This document shows positions 52,101 through 64,000 of a stretch of 64,000 nucleotides of DNA, in pieces (position 1 is the first letter of the stretch; each line of letters opens with the position of its first letter). This DNA comes from Lytechinus pictus (Eukaryota), in assembly GCF_037042905.1 (NCBI RefSeq), contig NC_087252.1:2048001-2112000 (forward strand). Direction: 5' to 3'. The notes under the pieces were generated by a model. It saw only the letters and a list, made by a program, of their open reading frames with translations, was not told the DNA's origin and made no database searches. Position numbers and translations under genes: made by a program.

Positions 52101-55100
52101 GACAGCCCAAGACCAACTGAAGTAACCAACCAAGCAGAGCATACATGTAACATGGTACAGACTCGTTCAGCCTCTCGTCAAGCCATGAGTAAAGAAAGCC
52201 GGACCATTGACAAACCTATGCCTGCACCACCTAAAGTACCAACTGAAGCTGAATCTACCGACACCCCCAAAAAATTCAGTCTTTCAGGACAAGATAATGA
52301 GTTACGCCTACATCAACAACAAGACAAAGATATACAGGCAGTAGTTAGATATTTGACTGATGAGAAATACGCAAAGAAACTCCCGGTATGAGACGGTACT
52401 TATGGAACTATCATCGCCTGACCATCGTCAATGATATCCTCTATCGCCGGATACAAAATAATATTGATGAAGCTACATTCCAAGCAGTAGTACCGCACTC
52501 CATGGCCTCAACGGTTCTCAACCAACTACATGGTGATCCAGCTGCCGGACATTCTGGTACCCGAAGAACACTTCAAAGGGCCAAATCCACTTGTTAGTGG
52601 CCATTTATGCACAGAGATATTGTGAACTATTGCCAGACCTGTGCAGCATGTGAGTCGATGCGATTGCCAAATCCCAAGTACCGAGCACCTCTTCACAATA
52701 TCACCACAGAGCGTCCTCTCCAGAAAGTATTTGCCGACGTTGCAGAGCTCCCAACTTCCAGAAAAGGCTTCCAATATATACTGGTAGTTGTTGATCATTT
52801 CAGCAAGTACACAAATATCTACCCAATGAAATAGCAGACAGCACCAACCATAGCTAAACAATTCTTCGAGGACTACATCAAAGAACATGGTGTACCAGAA
52901 ATCCTCCACACAGATCAGGGAAGAAAATTTGAGTCAAGACTAATACAAAACCTATGCAAAAAACTTGGCATAAGAAATACACGATCATCTCCATATCATC
53001 TCTAAGGAGCGGGCCTAGTTGAAAGAGCCAACAGAGTAATCAAGGAACAGTTAGCCAAATACCTTGCTGACAATGGTGGAGAATGGGATGCCCATATATC
53101 CCAAATCCAACTTGCATACAACAGCAGCATCCATTCAAGTACGGGTTTGTCACCATATTACATCCTACATGGTAGAGAAGCAAGGATACCACTGAATGTA
53201 ACCTTTCCTATTCCTCCTCCGTCATACTCATCACCACAAGAGTATGTGACCAATCTGCAGAGCCGATTGAAGAAAGCATTCAATCATGCTCAACAACAAA
53301 CATCTCAAGCTCAACAAATGCAGAAAGATGACTACGATCGTAAACTACGTCTGACCAAGTACAGTACTGGAGATCTAGTATGGCTACACGATCAAGTTAA
53401 GCACAGAAACAAGCTTGAACCAAACGGAAAAGGCCCCTTTGAAATAATTTCTTCCTCACATGATGGACTAAATTACAAGATATCTGATATTCATTCACAC
53501 CACAACAGATTGAAAATGTTTCGTTCCAGAAGTTCACTCCAACGACCACTGTCTTTTACCCAATCGATAACAACTGAGACTCCATCTCTTCGACCACACA
53601 AAATCCAAACCACAGGAATCATTCAGTATAAAATAGTCACTCTCAGAGGAAGAAGCAACATCCCCACATCTCGTGTCTGACCAATCTTCATACGTCAGAT
53701 TCCAGAAAAACCTGACCAACAGCAAAGACCAGGCACATCCTCTCTTCATTCTAACCATGATGAAAACACAGCTCCGTCTAGGAAATGAATTTATATCTCA
53801 TCGACAGAGCAGAGAAATATGAATTAATATAAACTTCTTGTTGACGACATCAGGAAATTATAATTAATATTGATATGAACTCATCCTTGACAACATATAA
53901 ATTATGAACTTATTCATAGCACATGATATTCGATGAAGAAAATCTAGCCACATGGACGTTTTGAGACAAAAATTGAAATTGGAAGCACAAGAAGTGAAAT
54001 ATATATGATTTAAAAACTGATCTTCATAAACTCAATATGGACACTTAACTGCACCCAAGTGATATGAACTGATAGTCAACGTCTTCACGAGTGATATGGA
54101 CACTATTATACATATGTTTGTGATACATTACATGTTTACTGAGATTTAACATTTAATATTTTTGTATTTTTTTATAACGTTACTTTCGTGTGAATTAATA
54201 ATTGATATTTACATTTGATGCAGAAATTCCAAAAAAAAAATCAAATTGGATATTCTTTATCTTGTAAAAAACCAACATATTTTCAATTTTGACAAAGAGA
54301 CTTGACATTTTTTGAATAAATTAAATGTATATACATATATTACAAAATGGTGTAGCTCACCGATATGCGTATGCACTAATACAGAGATGCCTTTGGTCAA
54401 TACTACAAACTGATCTACCAAATTGATCAATTATTGTTAATAGTGTATTTCTTTGTCTAACAAAATGTGAAAAAGGACTCTATACTTGATACAGAGATTA
54501 GTAGTATTTAGGTCTATGATTATATTATATGACTACTCTACAAGACCTAGTGAGGAAAAAATGTGTTGTTGACCAAGTTCGAAGTAGAGTTATAAGAAAT
54601 TATATTTCTCTTGATATGTAAGATGTAATTCCAAATAGACAAATGCATTTAAAGCCCACAAAGATTTACGGAAAAGAGAAAAGACTCTATCATGTGTATA
54701 TGCTAGAGTACCAAACCGCACGAGGTGATATTTAATTTTCATATGACCACATGTAAACAATTATGTGATTGCGATATTTCAAATTATATTCATATATATT
54801 TTAACAGAGTTTCATTCACATACAAAACTCTGCTTATTTTGATAAAATTGGAACTTGTTAAAGGAGAATAGTCGTATGTTTGAGTATACATGTATGTTGT
54901 ATAAGATTATCATGGACGTTGCCTTAATGTTAAATACAAAATAAATAAAAAAAATATAATTGATTTAATATTGGAATCCCGTTTTATCATTAAAATCATT
55001 TACCTTTGATAATTTATTTGCCCACTTATTTTGTGTAATGTTTTCAAAATATGACAATCAATGGAAATGATGAAATATTAATTTCTATCATACATGTATG

Positions 55101-58100
55101 CACATATCTGAGACAGGATTTTAATATTCTTAGAAAAAGGAAGAAATTGATTGCATGATTATTTTTACTGAAATTTGTAAAAAAAAAGAGTACTATTACG
55201 GACAAGTTTGTCATGTCAACATGTTGTATTTTTGGTTGATGAAACGTTTATAAGAAAAATATACAAACAGAAAAAGAAATAAAGTTATTAGTTTGAATAG
55301 GTCCAGGCATAGAACGAGGATTTTATCATGAAATGATTTCTTGTGTACTTTATGACTTGAAGATTCTGATGGAATATTGTCATATTAATGATTTACAGAT
55401 TTGAAAAATCATTTTCTGTGTACTTTTATATTATAGTTTATACATGACCATGGTTACTTAAAATTTGTTTTGAGATCCTAAAATGAGAACATTTTATTTG
55501 GAGAAAGGAATATTATGTAGGCAACTAGTTTGTACATTATTCAAGTTTATTGCAGCCTGAGTTCACATGATTCTTTAACCCCTCTCTCATTTTCAGGCCA
55601 TTGCTCTACTCCAAAATAACCCTAATTTAATTCCCCCTTTTCTTCAGTCTTCATCAGCATTCTTGCCTTTTATCCTCATTTATCTTTGTTATCCCCATCT
55701 CCTTTGTTATCCTCATCCATCCTTCATCCCTTGCACCCCACACTTGATAATTTATTTATCTCTTGGTCCTCTCAGCTATGTTACTCCCCTCCTCTCTCTT
55801 GGTTGACTGAATCATGAATATTTATGTTGTAAGACTCCTTATGTGTGATTGGTTCTTATTCATGACGATGCGTTACTTCTGTTATTGTCATCCTCCAATT
55901 TAATTTGAATATTTATTGAAATCTAGTACCTTGCGCAAAGAAAGCCTAGAGAGGAAATGAAGAATAAATTATGCCCTGCCAAGCTAAGGCAGTTGAGCGC
56001 AGACCTTTAAACCAGCAACATCTACCTCTTCATCTGTTCTTGTTCTGTGTTGGAAGAACCCGCGTATACTTAGAGCTAATAAAATATAAAATACAGCTCC
56101 TACAATAACAAATGAGGATATTCTTTTAGTGGAAATATATTTTCAGATCCACTGTCCTACATGTACATGTCCTGCATGTCATAGCGTAGTCGTTGATGAC
56201 AGATGTGTAAAATGGGAATATCTAAAAGTCACAACATTGTGTGGTAGCATGGACCTATTTGTAATAGGTCCATGGTGGTAGAGTGTAAAGTGAGACCTTT
56301 GATATCTATAACCATCCAAACCAATGCATGAGCCATATGTTTGTTCCGTTGTAGCTCGTCCTGATGAACCTTACCCAATCATCAACGAATGCGAGACGAA
56401 TGGAGGTTCGTCTTCTGCTACTCGTACAGGAGACTGCAGGATCTCAACCAACTCCACAGTTATGAACATCACATGCTCAGCCTCCGGATTCTTCCCGGAT
56501 GTTAACCTGTTCTTCCTACATGGATCTTCAAAAGTGATTAACATCGGGAGCAATGGGTGGAAAAATGAAGACGGTTCTAAGAGCAGATCTATAACAATCA
56601 ACGCAAGGGTTAGCGACAAACAATACGTGTGCGTTGCGTCAGACATACCTGGTTCCACAGAGGAGAAAACGGCGGGGGTATATATTGAGAGTTATTTTTC
56701 TTCTCCAAAAAAATCAGACAATGCATCACGTTCATTCGAGAAGACAACTGCCAATCCAAATGAAGCTGAGATGAGGAGTGGCACAAATCCTGCAAAGATC
56801 GGTAAGTTAACTTAATATATCTTTGTTAAGGAGACGTTCGATTCGATCGATGGACTTCACGCATTGACCTACAACTTAAGATAACATTTTACCATCAACA
56901 TAAACAATGCTCTCACAATCTCTAAATGGATGTTGATCGAACTATGACTGTCTCTTTCAAGCTTTAATAAACATTGCCAGTAAAAATACAATTTGATTGT
57001 CAATTAAAAACCCAATTTAATTCATAAAAAAATTTGAGTGGCCGTCATAATTTCCATTGCACTGATTCAAAAAAAAAAGTTTGGCCGTTGTAACAGGGGC
57101 GTCAAAATTTTTTCATGATTGATCAAACAAAGAACAGGGGGTGGGGGTAAGTCATTGTTAACTCACAACAGATCACTCCTCCTAAATGTCCTACGTTTTG
57201 TCTCATTCCATGCATTCCATATGTTTTATAGGAACAACACTTAATATTAACGAATACAAAAGACCCTCGCCTCGCTCTATCCACCTTTTAATCTAAGACT
57301 CTGTGATTTACTGTTTGGAATGATCTAGATCTAAAGTGTCGCCGATTATGTATCTACACACACTTAGATTGTCTGACTATGAAGTCAAGTTGCACAAAAA
57401 AGTAATAATGTCTGAATTTTTTTCTTTCCAGTTGTACCAATATTAATGATACTGTTTGTCGCCACGGCAAGCGTGGTATTCTTGTGGCGGAGATCAAGGA
57501 AACGGCTGGCCAGAAGTCACATAGGTAAGCACTACCATTCCTTCCGCGATCGATGTAATCTCGATTATCATTACCACAATCTTTAAGTAGTCACTACTGG
57601 TATACGGATTGGGTGGGGGATTCTTGCTTCCAAAGAGCTGCACAACCTAGGGGGGGGGGGGGTGAAAAGTAAGGACAAGGATGGGAAAAGGGTTAATATG
57701 ATTCAATATGTTTAATACAGTGCGTATCAAAAAAGTTTAAACTTAGAAAAAATCCTGTAAAATTGTACATTTGTAAAATCCTGAAGATTTTCCCATGTTT
57801 TAACATTGGTATATATCCATTTAAGCAAATGACGATAGAACTGTCGAAAAGTATTTCCGCTTGAGTGAGCACCACTTACTTTTGAAAAGTTAGTGAAAAA
57901 TTATTTGCGAAGAACTTTGAAATAGTTATGCGAATAATAGTAGACCTTAATCATGAAGAACACGTTGAATTTAGCTAGTAAAATTGATCTGAAGATATAT
58001 TTTACCTATTTAACTTGTTTCCCTGCCAAAAACACTTCGAAGAGTGCATTGCGCCCCATCCCACTCCCCCAAACACCGAGGCCATCGTGACGATATTTAC

Positions 58101-61100
58101 TTTACACTGAGCTGTGATTTACATGAAAATGGCTTAGGCTTGATTTTCATTTTGTTAATCATTGTCAAGCTTGAAAAAGAGTGGAGAAACAGGTATTAAA
58201 TGAAAGATGAACTGTAAACCCACTTTAAATGCTAAAAACTTAGTGAAAAAATGCTGGAGATGTCTGATATAAACTTTTGTTCAGATTTAGTTCTGTCCTC
58301 AGATCCAGCTGGCACAAAAAAGGGTAAATGTTGTGCTTACTAAGTGTTGAAATTTCAATTTGGGTGGCAAAATTGTTACAAAATGCTTGGATGTACCCAT
58401 GTATTACAGTTGACAAAAAGTGCAATGGGAAATGTATGAGAAATGTTTCGCAGGGTAAACTTGATTTCGCCCTTTCCTTTGACACAGCGTGAAAACGAGC
58501 ATTTCTAGGCAAACAGATTTTTGCGAGCTTTACAAAAATGGACAGTGCTCACTCAAGTGTAACATTCTGTCAATACTTTTACTTTCATTGGATAGCTGAG
58601 ACCCAAACCCAAGGTTATATGTGAAAAATTACCCATATGTCGTATATTTTTTAATTCCCAGGGCTTTTTCAAAGTGTAAGCCTTTTTTTGATACGCATTG
58701 TATAGTGCCCAAATTTATGTCAGAATTTCATTTCCATATAAAAGAGCCAAAAATTTCGCTTTCGAGTTTTGAAGAAAATCCCCGAATCCATTAAACAGCG
58801 TGTCGTGATACTAAAAATCAATAAATCATCGGGGGGGGGGGGCACAACCGGCCGGACCCCCTCCCTTGAGAGCCATAATTGAAATTTGTAATGTAAATAC
58901 CGTTTTTTCCTCGAGTGTGCCCCCTTTTGAAAGTGAGGATGCCTTTATTTTTCTTGTCAAATTTTCATCGGAAAATGTGCCCCCTTTTGGGGAAAATTCT
59001 GGATCCGCCCCTGCATCACCGTGATAGTTTGGCTTTAAACTGACGGACTAGAATCTCAAAATTTGAAATACCGCACCGTGAAAACGGTATGTGATATCTG
59101 AAAAGGATTCCTTTCATTCATTAGAATTTAAAGACCAGCGGATCGTTTGTAGCAGTCATAATATATCAATTCGACATTTTTTCACTGTAGGTAAACGTGA
59201 TGTCGAGGAGTCAGAGTTATTGATGCAAAAAGTAAAGGTACAAGGTAAGTGTTGCACGAAAACACATTGGCTTAGCATTGAATATTATAGGGAAGGAATT
59301 GTCTTAATCCTGATTCCTCATCACCATGTGTGATTATTATCCAAATTTGACACCTAGATAGATCTTTGTAATTTGATTGGTTGTTTGATATCGTTCAATC
59401 AGCCCATTTTGAAATGAGGTTATCAACCGTGCAATTTTGGATCCATTCATCGTGCAATTTTGGATCCATACGATTTTGTACATTACACGCGCGCACCGAG
59501 ACTGCTTGCAGCTAGGCACCATCAGTTCGCATGTTTTAATGACGTAACAATGAACAGACCAAACTCGCACTGCATGAGCATGATTAACATCGAAATTTAT
59601 AAATTTCATATGAAAAAAAAATAATGTTTTAGGTGTCATATAAACCAAATAATATTTTTTTTTATCCGTGCAATGGACAGAATACTTCATTCAGTGAGAG
59701 ATGAAATAATGATCCATTCAACTCGGCTACACCTCGTTGAATGCATCATTTCATATTTCACCTTATGAAGTATTCTGTCCATTGCACTCATAAACATTCA
59801 TTATTTGTATAATATGGCACCACGCCGACGCGCTTGGTGTAAAACAAAGAACGGAATCAAATGATAGTATAATGTCAAGAGGAAATAACTTAAAATCGAA
59901 AAAAAAGGGTATTAAATTCACCAATATGTAGCTTAATGGGGATATATCTGTGAAAGCGTCCAAAAACACCACAATACTTCTTTATTAAGAGTTCCGCAAT
60001 GTCCTAAGGAACTAAAATGCATGTACTGTCTTAATTGATAGGGAATTATTGATAAAACTCAAGCGCAGTATAAATCATAGCAAGTTAATGTTTTGAACTA
60101 ATATTTTACAATTTTTTCATGTACAGGGGTTGTCTCGTTTTATGAACTGTGGCTACTGGCTTATGACACTCCGAATGATGAGATGGCAAAGGTATATACT
60201 GCTCTTGTTAAGCTGGGTATTAAGAATGTCAAGGGACAGATGGATAAAGGACTTGTGTATGATGCTCTTTGTAAATGGAAAGAGAGATCATATGCACGTG
60301 ACCAACCACAGATGTTAAGAGATGCCTTAGAGGAAGTGGGCCTTGAAACTAGATGGCAAGAGATTTACGGTATGTATTTTGATATCTTCCATTAAAAATT
60401 AACAACATTCTTATTTTCAAACAACTCGCCCTTTATCATGCGGTTTTACACCATTGCCTACATGGGTTTTCACAATAATGTTACCTTAAGTTCGTCACAA
60501 TTTCTATGTTTTACCATTTAGCAGCATTATATTGGCTACAGCACATGTTCCATCATTAATTATTTCCTACATTATTCATTGATTATTTCTCACAATGCAG
60601 ACCACGTACGGCAAGGCAATGATGTTACCAAAGTACCTGAAGGAACACTCGAACAAATCCTGCTTGACTTGAAAGGCAAAAGTTCAATAAAAAAGTTCCT
60701 GAATAATTTGTTACAACGTGAAAGTAAAGGTTTACAAAATGAGATAATCGTTGTCGCCCATGGCAGTGAAGAGGACAAAGGAAAGTCTGCCAGTGAAGAG
60801 GGCAACATAGCTATGGAAAACACAGCTTCCGTCAAAGAAATCAGTGACACCAATGACGGCGAAGGGAACAATAAAGTCTCAGTTCCCGTCAAAGAAGTAA
60901 GTGACACCCATGACGTTGAAGGGAACAAAGGAAACACAGTTTCCACCGAAGAAACCATTGACGGTAAAGGGAACAAGGAAGACTCAGCTCTCACCAAAGA
61001 AACCGAAGACACCCGTGACAGTAAAGGGGACAATGAAGACTCAGCTCCAGCCAAAGACACCCATGACGGTGAAAGGAACAAAGGAAACTCAGCTTCCGCA

Positions 61101-62898
61101 AAAGAAACCAATAACGGTAAAGGGAGCAAGGAAGACTCAGCTCTCACCAAAGAAACCAATAACACCCATGACAGTAAAGGGGACAATGAAGACTCAGCTC
61201 CAGCCAAAGAAACCAAAAACACCAATAGCGGTAAAGGGAGCACAGGAAACTCAGCTTCCGCAAAAGAAACCAATAACGGTAAAGGGGACAATGGAAACTC
61301 AGCTCCCACCAAAGAAACCAATAACCCCCATGGCGGTAAAGGGAACAAGGAAGACTCAGCTCTCGCCCCAAAAAACAATGACAACCATGATGGTAAAGGT
61401 AACACAGAAGCAACAGCTCCCGCCAAAAAAAACGATGACACCCATGACGGTAAATGGAGCAAGAAAGACTCGCATCCCGCCAACGTATCCAAGCAAGAAG
61501 AAGTCTTTCAGGCAATTGAAGGGGTCGAATACAGTGACGGCATGCACAAGTTGAAGGAATGGAATAATGGTCCTTTCAAACAGAATCCGTTTGTTCTAGT
61601 TAGTCTGGCACTCGAAAGAGCAGGGTATCTCCATATCTCAAAGACCTTCTTTGACGGTGAGTCTCTATCTATTTGACATATCCAATGCAACTAATACGGT
61701 TCACTTATAGTCCATAGTCCATATAATTCGGGTTTAACTTAGACCGTGGTCTAACTCTGTGCTAAAATTAATGGAAGCCAAAATGTCAGAATTTTGTTGA
61801 AATTATATCTTTCCAATGTTTACTGTATTTTTGTCCTTCTAATTCTGTAATGGAGACGACACTATCTTATTCAGCCTTCCCAGGCAGCTAAGGATGATTT
61901 GAAAGCCAAATGAGCCGATACATTGAACCTTTATCATTAGAGATTTATGCCACAATTGGCTATCCATAGTTAAACCACAACTTTAAACTAGAGTTTCATT
62001 GGAATCTGACATAAGCATACGGGCCATAATGTTCATCTGATTGGTGTGATGACTTGAGAATATGGATTTTGCAATCATGGAATTTTACGTCAATAAGCTA
62101 ATTAGTTTGTTTGCAATACTTAAAAATGACACAAAAAAAGATGATATTTTGTGATTGTGGAAAAAGGAACCCTTTTGTTAAATAAAACAAAAATACGCCA
62201 GGTTTTTCTTCATGATCTAAGTGGTTTCAGGTCTACACTAACTACAGTCTGCTTGTTTATTCCGATTTAATAAAAAGAGAAATTTGTGGTACACGATGAT
62301 TTCAGGGGAACAACATTAAATATGGTGGATTGTAGTGACTTGAAGGTTCAACAGAATAGTACGTTGTGATGATTTAAAAGTACGAATACAACCTAACTGT
62401 CAGAACAAGCCTACATAATATATCGTTTTAATAATGCATGTACTGTATAGGTCCTATTGTACATAGGCATAGGGGGTGGCTAAACAAGGTAAAATCTATC
62501 GAATTGTGCCTTGTTTGTCATATTAGACGGTGAATAAATATAAAGATTAGACACAATATATATTTCGTTACTTTGTTCATGAATGTGAATGTACAAAAGA
62601 GGCATATATATTATTAAGCACGCTCTAACACGTTTCCTTGCAGGCCCTGTATCATTTTATGAACTTAGATCATTAATGTACAACGTGAATACACCTAGCC
62701 TAGAGAAGCTAAGAAAAACAATTTGCAAGCTAGACATGCTAGAAGTCGATGCGACGAGTGCAGATAAATTCGGTCCACAACAAATCTACGACTCGCTGTG
62801 TCAGTGGAAAGAGGGACACCCTCAGGTAGATCAAGGAAAGATATTACATGATGCACTTTTAAGAGCCAGACATGAGGAAGCATGGTGGAAAATTCTAG
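46103..62898 (+). CDS. Gene B (3'-incomplete): paralogous receptor SP-IgV-IgC(C1-like)-TM-(death-fold-like)x>=3
   Basis: Exons 46103-46184, 47052-47393, 56355-56801, 57432-57524, 59191-59244, 60127-60369, 60601-61656, 62644-62898. All GT-AG, all phase 1, 857 open codons. Ends on a donor, so the gene continues past the window. Confidence 0.87.
47052..47393 (+). CDS. Gene B exon 2, V-set Ig domain
   Basis: VLNCEF...VYWKK...YSLIIRDAQIADRGRYIC. Acceptor tttag, donor G|GTGAG. Confidence 0.9.
47768..48356 (+). repeat. 5' LTR
   Basis: Direct repeat of 55516-56104. About 19 mismatches by manual count. AATAAA at 48330. Confidence 0.95.
48359..48371 (+). other. Primer binding site, complementary to the tRNA-Leu 3' end
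   Basis: TGGTGGCAGCGGT lies 2 nt after the 5' LTR and matches the ...ACCGCTGCCACCA end of animal tRNA-Leu. Confidence 0.75.
49005..50128 (+). pseudogene. gag: Gypsy gag, disrupted
   Basis: PEIFSGEEGKDFHQWIKRFE...EPLEVYAS; stop at 49563-49565; R/S/P-rich C-terminal region in a second ORF. Confidence 0.75.
50230..53540 (+). pseudogene. pol: Gypsy pol (protease, RT, partial RNase H, integrase) with stops and frameshifts
   Basis: VDCGS protease site. RT motifs SPWASPIVMVKKKD..RFCVDYRALN, DLSSGYWQI, HLDD. Integrase H..H/C..C, VVVDHFSK, HTDQG. Confidence 0.92.
55516..56104 (+). repeat. 3' LTR
   Basis: Preceded by purine tract GGAGAAAGGAA (55500-55510). Confidence 0.95.
56248..56274. mobile_element. 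27-bp minimal MITE with the same termini
   Basis: CATGGACCTATTTGTAATAGGTCCATG, flanked by direct repeat GTGGTAG. Confidence 0.6.
56355..56801 (+). CDS. Gene B exon 3, C-type (C1-like) Ig domain plus stalk
   Basis: ITCSASGFFP...WKNEDGSK...YVCVAS. Donor G|GTAAGT. Confidence 0.87.
57432..57524 (+). CDS. Gene B exon 4, transmembrane helix
   Basis: ttctttccag|VVPILMILFVATASVVFLW-RRSRKR...G|GTAAG. Confidence 0.87.
57718..58700. mobile_element. Tc1/mariner-type non-autonomous element
   Basis: TA|CAGTGCGTATCAAAAAA ... TTTTTTGATACGCATTG|TA. Confidence 0.8.
59191..59244 (+). CDS. Gene B exon 5, linker
   Basis: ttttcactgtag|GKRDVEESELLMQKVKVQ G|GTAAGT. 54 nt. Confidence 0.7.
60127..60369 (+). CDS. 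Gene B death-fold-like domain 1 (type a)
   Basis: GVVSFYELWLLAYDTP...LVKLGI...VYDALCKWK...MLRDALEEVGLETRWQ. Confidence 0.82.
60601..61656 (+). CDS. Gene B death-fold-like domain 2 (type b), interrupted by a long hydrophilic tandem repeat
   Basis: The N-terminal part (KVPEGTLEQILLDL) and C-terminal part (KEW...QNPFVLVSLALERAGYLHISKTFF) align with gene A exon 31145-31423. 352 vs 93 codons. Confidence 0.82.
62644..62898 (+). CDS. Gene B death-fold-like domain 3 (type a)
   Basis: GPVSFYELRSL...IYDSLCQWKE...QGKILHDALLRARHEEAW. Donor G|GTAAGT. Confidence 0.82.
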
Positions 62899-64000
62899 GT
62901 AAGTTAATCGTTCAACCTTTATATACATTTTTGTTTTTTTAATTAAATGTCCATATACCGGAATCTCACTTATCAAATATAACACACCGGATTAGTATAC
63001 TGCCATTTCATGTACAAACTCGACAACACAATTTTGACCGAAATTACTCCATCATCGGAGGTTTCATTACCAAAAATCCCACCACACCAATGAAAAATAA
63101 ATAAATGTACTATAATAAATTTAGAAACAGAAGGAACACAAAACAGGCAAATATAATGTAAATACAACAACATGTTCTATCGTATGATCTCAGGCGCGTA
63201 GCCAGGGGGGGCGCCCCCCAAAAAAAAACGTCCCCAAAAAGAAAAAAAAAGAAAGAAAAACAAGAGGGGAAAAGGAAAAGCGAAGGGAGGAAAGGGAAGA
63301 AAGGTAGCTTTGTGGGTTTTTTGTATTCTTTTTTTTTTTTTTTTCAAAAGAGAATCTCCTTTACTCTTGCTCTAAATTTATATATGAATTTTGCTTCCGC
63401 GCTGCGCGCGGTTAAATGACAATATTGCAGTTCTCCATTGTTTCCCCCACCTTTTCTCTAAACCTGTTTTTCCACTTCAGCTATATGTGTTTCTTGCCAG
63501 TTAAAGTTCAAATGTGTACATTAGGGCATGGAATTCGAGTAAGGTTAGGCCGAAGTATATGAAGTTACCTTTTTTTAATTCTTTTTTTTTATTGATCGCG
63601 CAACTTATGGTCAGGTCTGCTCCGGGCGGGTAAAATCTTTATATCAATTTCTGCCGTCGCCTCCATATAGGCAACTTCTCCCGCTTTTCAGCTCATTACT
63701 AAGCAATCATAATTTGGGGGGGGGGCAAACAGGTTCCTAATTTAAAAAGAGGAAGGTATAAATTCGTGTCGTATTAAATAAAAAAGTACAATATTTTTTT
63801 TTTCAAATTCTATTAAACTTCCGTGTCATTTCCCTGCACATTCATCTCCTGTTCTTTCTTGCGCACTCAGTTTGAAATTTTGAATGACACTTAAGTTTCG
63901 TTATCATTCAAAATGAAAGCGCTTCAGGATAAGTCAAAGAAATTATACATATCCATTTTAATATAATTTCAATAAATCACATGCAGAAGTTTCAACTTTT

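Larger units (their letters stand above)
47768..56104 (+). mobile_element. Ty3/Gypsy LTR retrotransposon, decayed, in intron 2 of gene B
   Basis: 589-bp LTRs TGT...ACA. 5-bp TSD ATAAC (47763-47767, 56105-56109). PBS, PPT, and gag-PR-RT-RH-INT order. Confidence 0.95.

Noticed and set aside
60590..61554. 300-aa antisense ORF and 217-aa alternate-frame ORF over the gene B repeat
   Set aside because: By-products of a stop-poor coding minisatellite. Only the frame continuous with the death-domain halves and the splice sites is supported.

Overview
Eukaryotic, AT-rich, intron- and repeat-rich animal DNA. The SINE/MITE types and CGCTTCGCTCG-type repeats suggest an echinoderm, probably a sea urchin (inference). 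Manual splicing reveals two paralogous, head-to-head genes for type I membrane receptors: signal peptide, V-set Ig, C1-like Ig, TM helix, then a tandem array of cytoplasmic death-fold-like domains, each on its own phase-1 exon. Gene A (minus strand, about 4860-38296, about 1000 aa) has seven death-like exons. Gene B (plus strand, 46103 to beyond 62898) shows three in the window, one split by a ~260-aa low-complexity tandem repeat. The introns hold: a 6.3-kb non-autonomous Polinton/Maverick-type element (AGTAGT termini, 6-bp TSD, 2.6-kb apparently perfect inverted arms, one C2H2 ORF); a 10.9-kb CMC/EnSpm-like element with AATGGT satellites; and a decayed 8.3-kb Ty3/Gypsy provirus. LINE fragments, SINEs and many MITEs are also present. 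Domain names come from motif recognition by eye, not from database searches.
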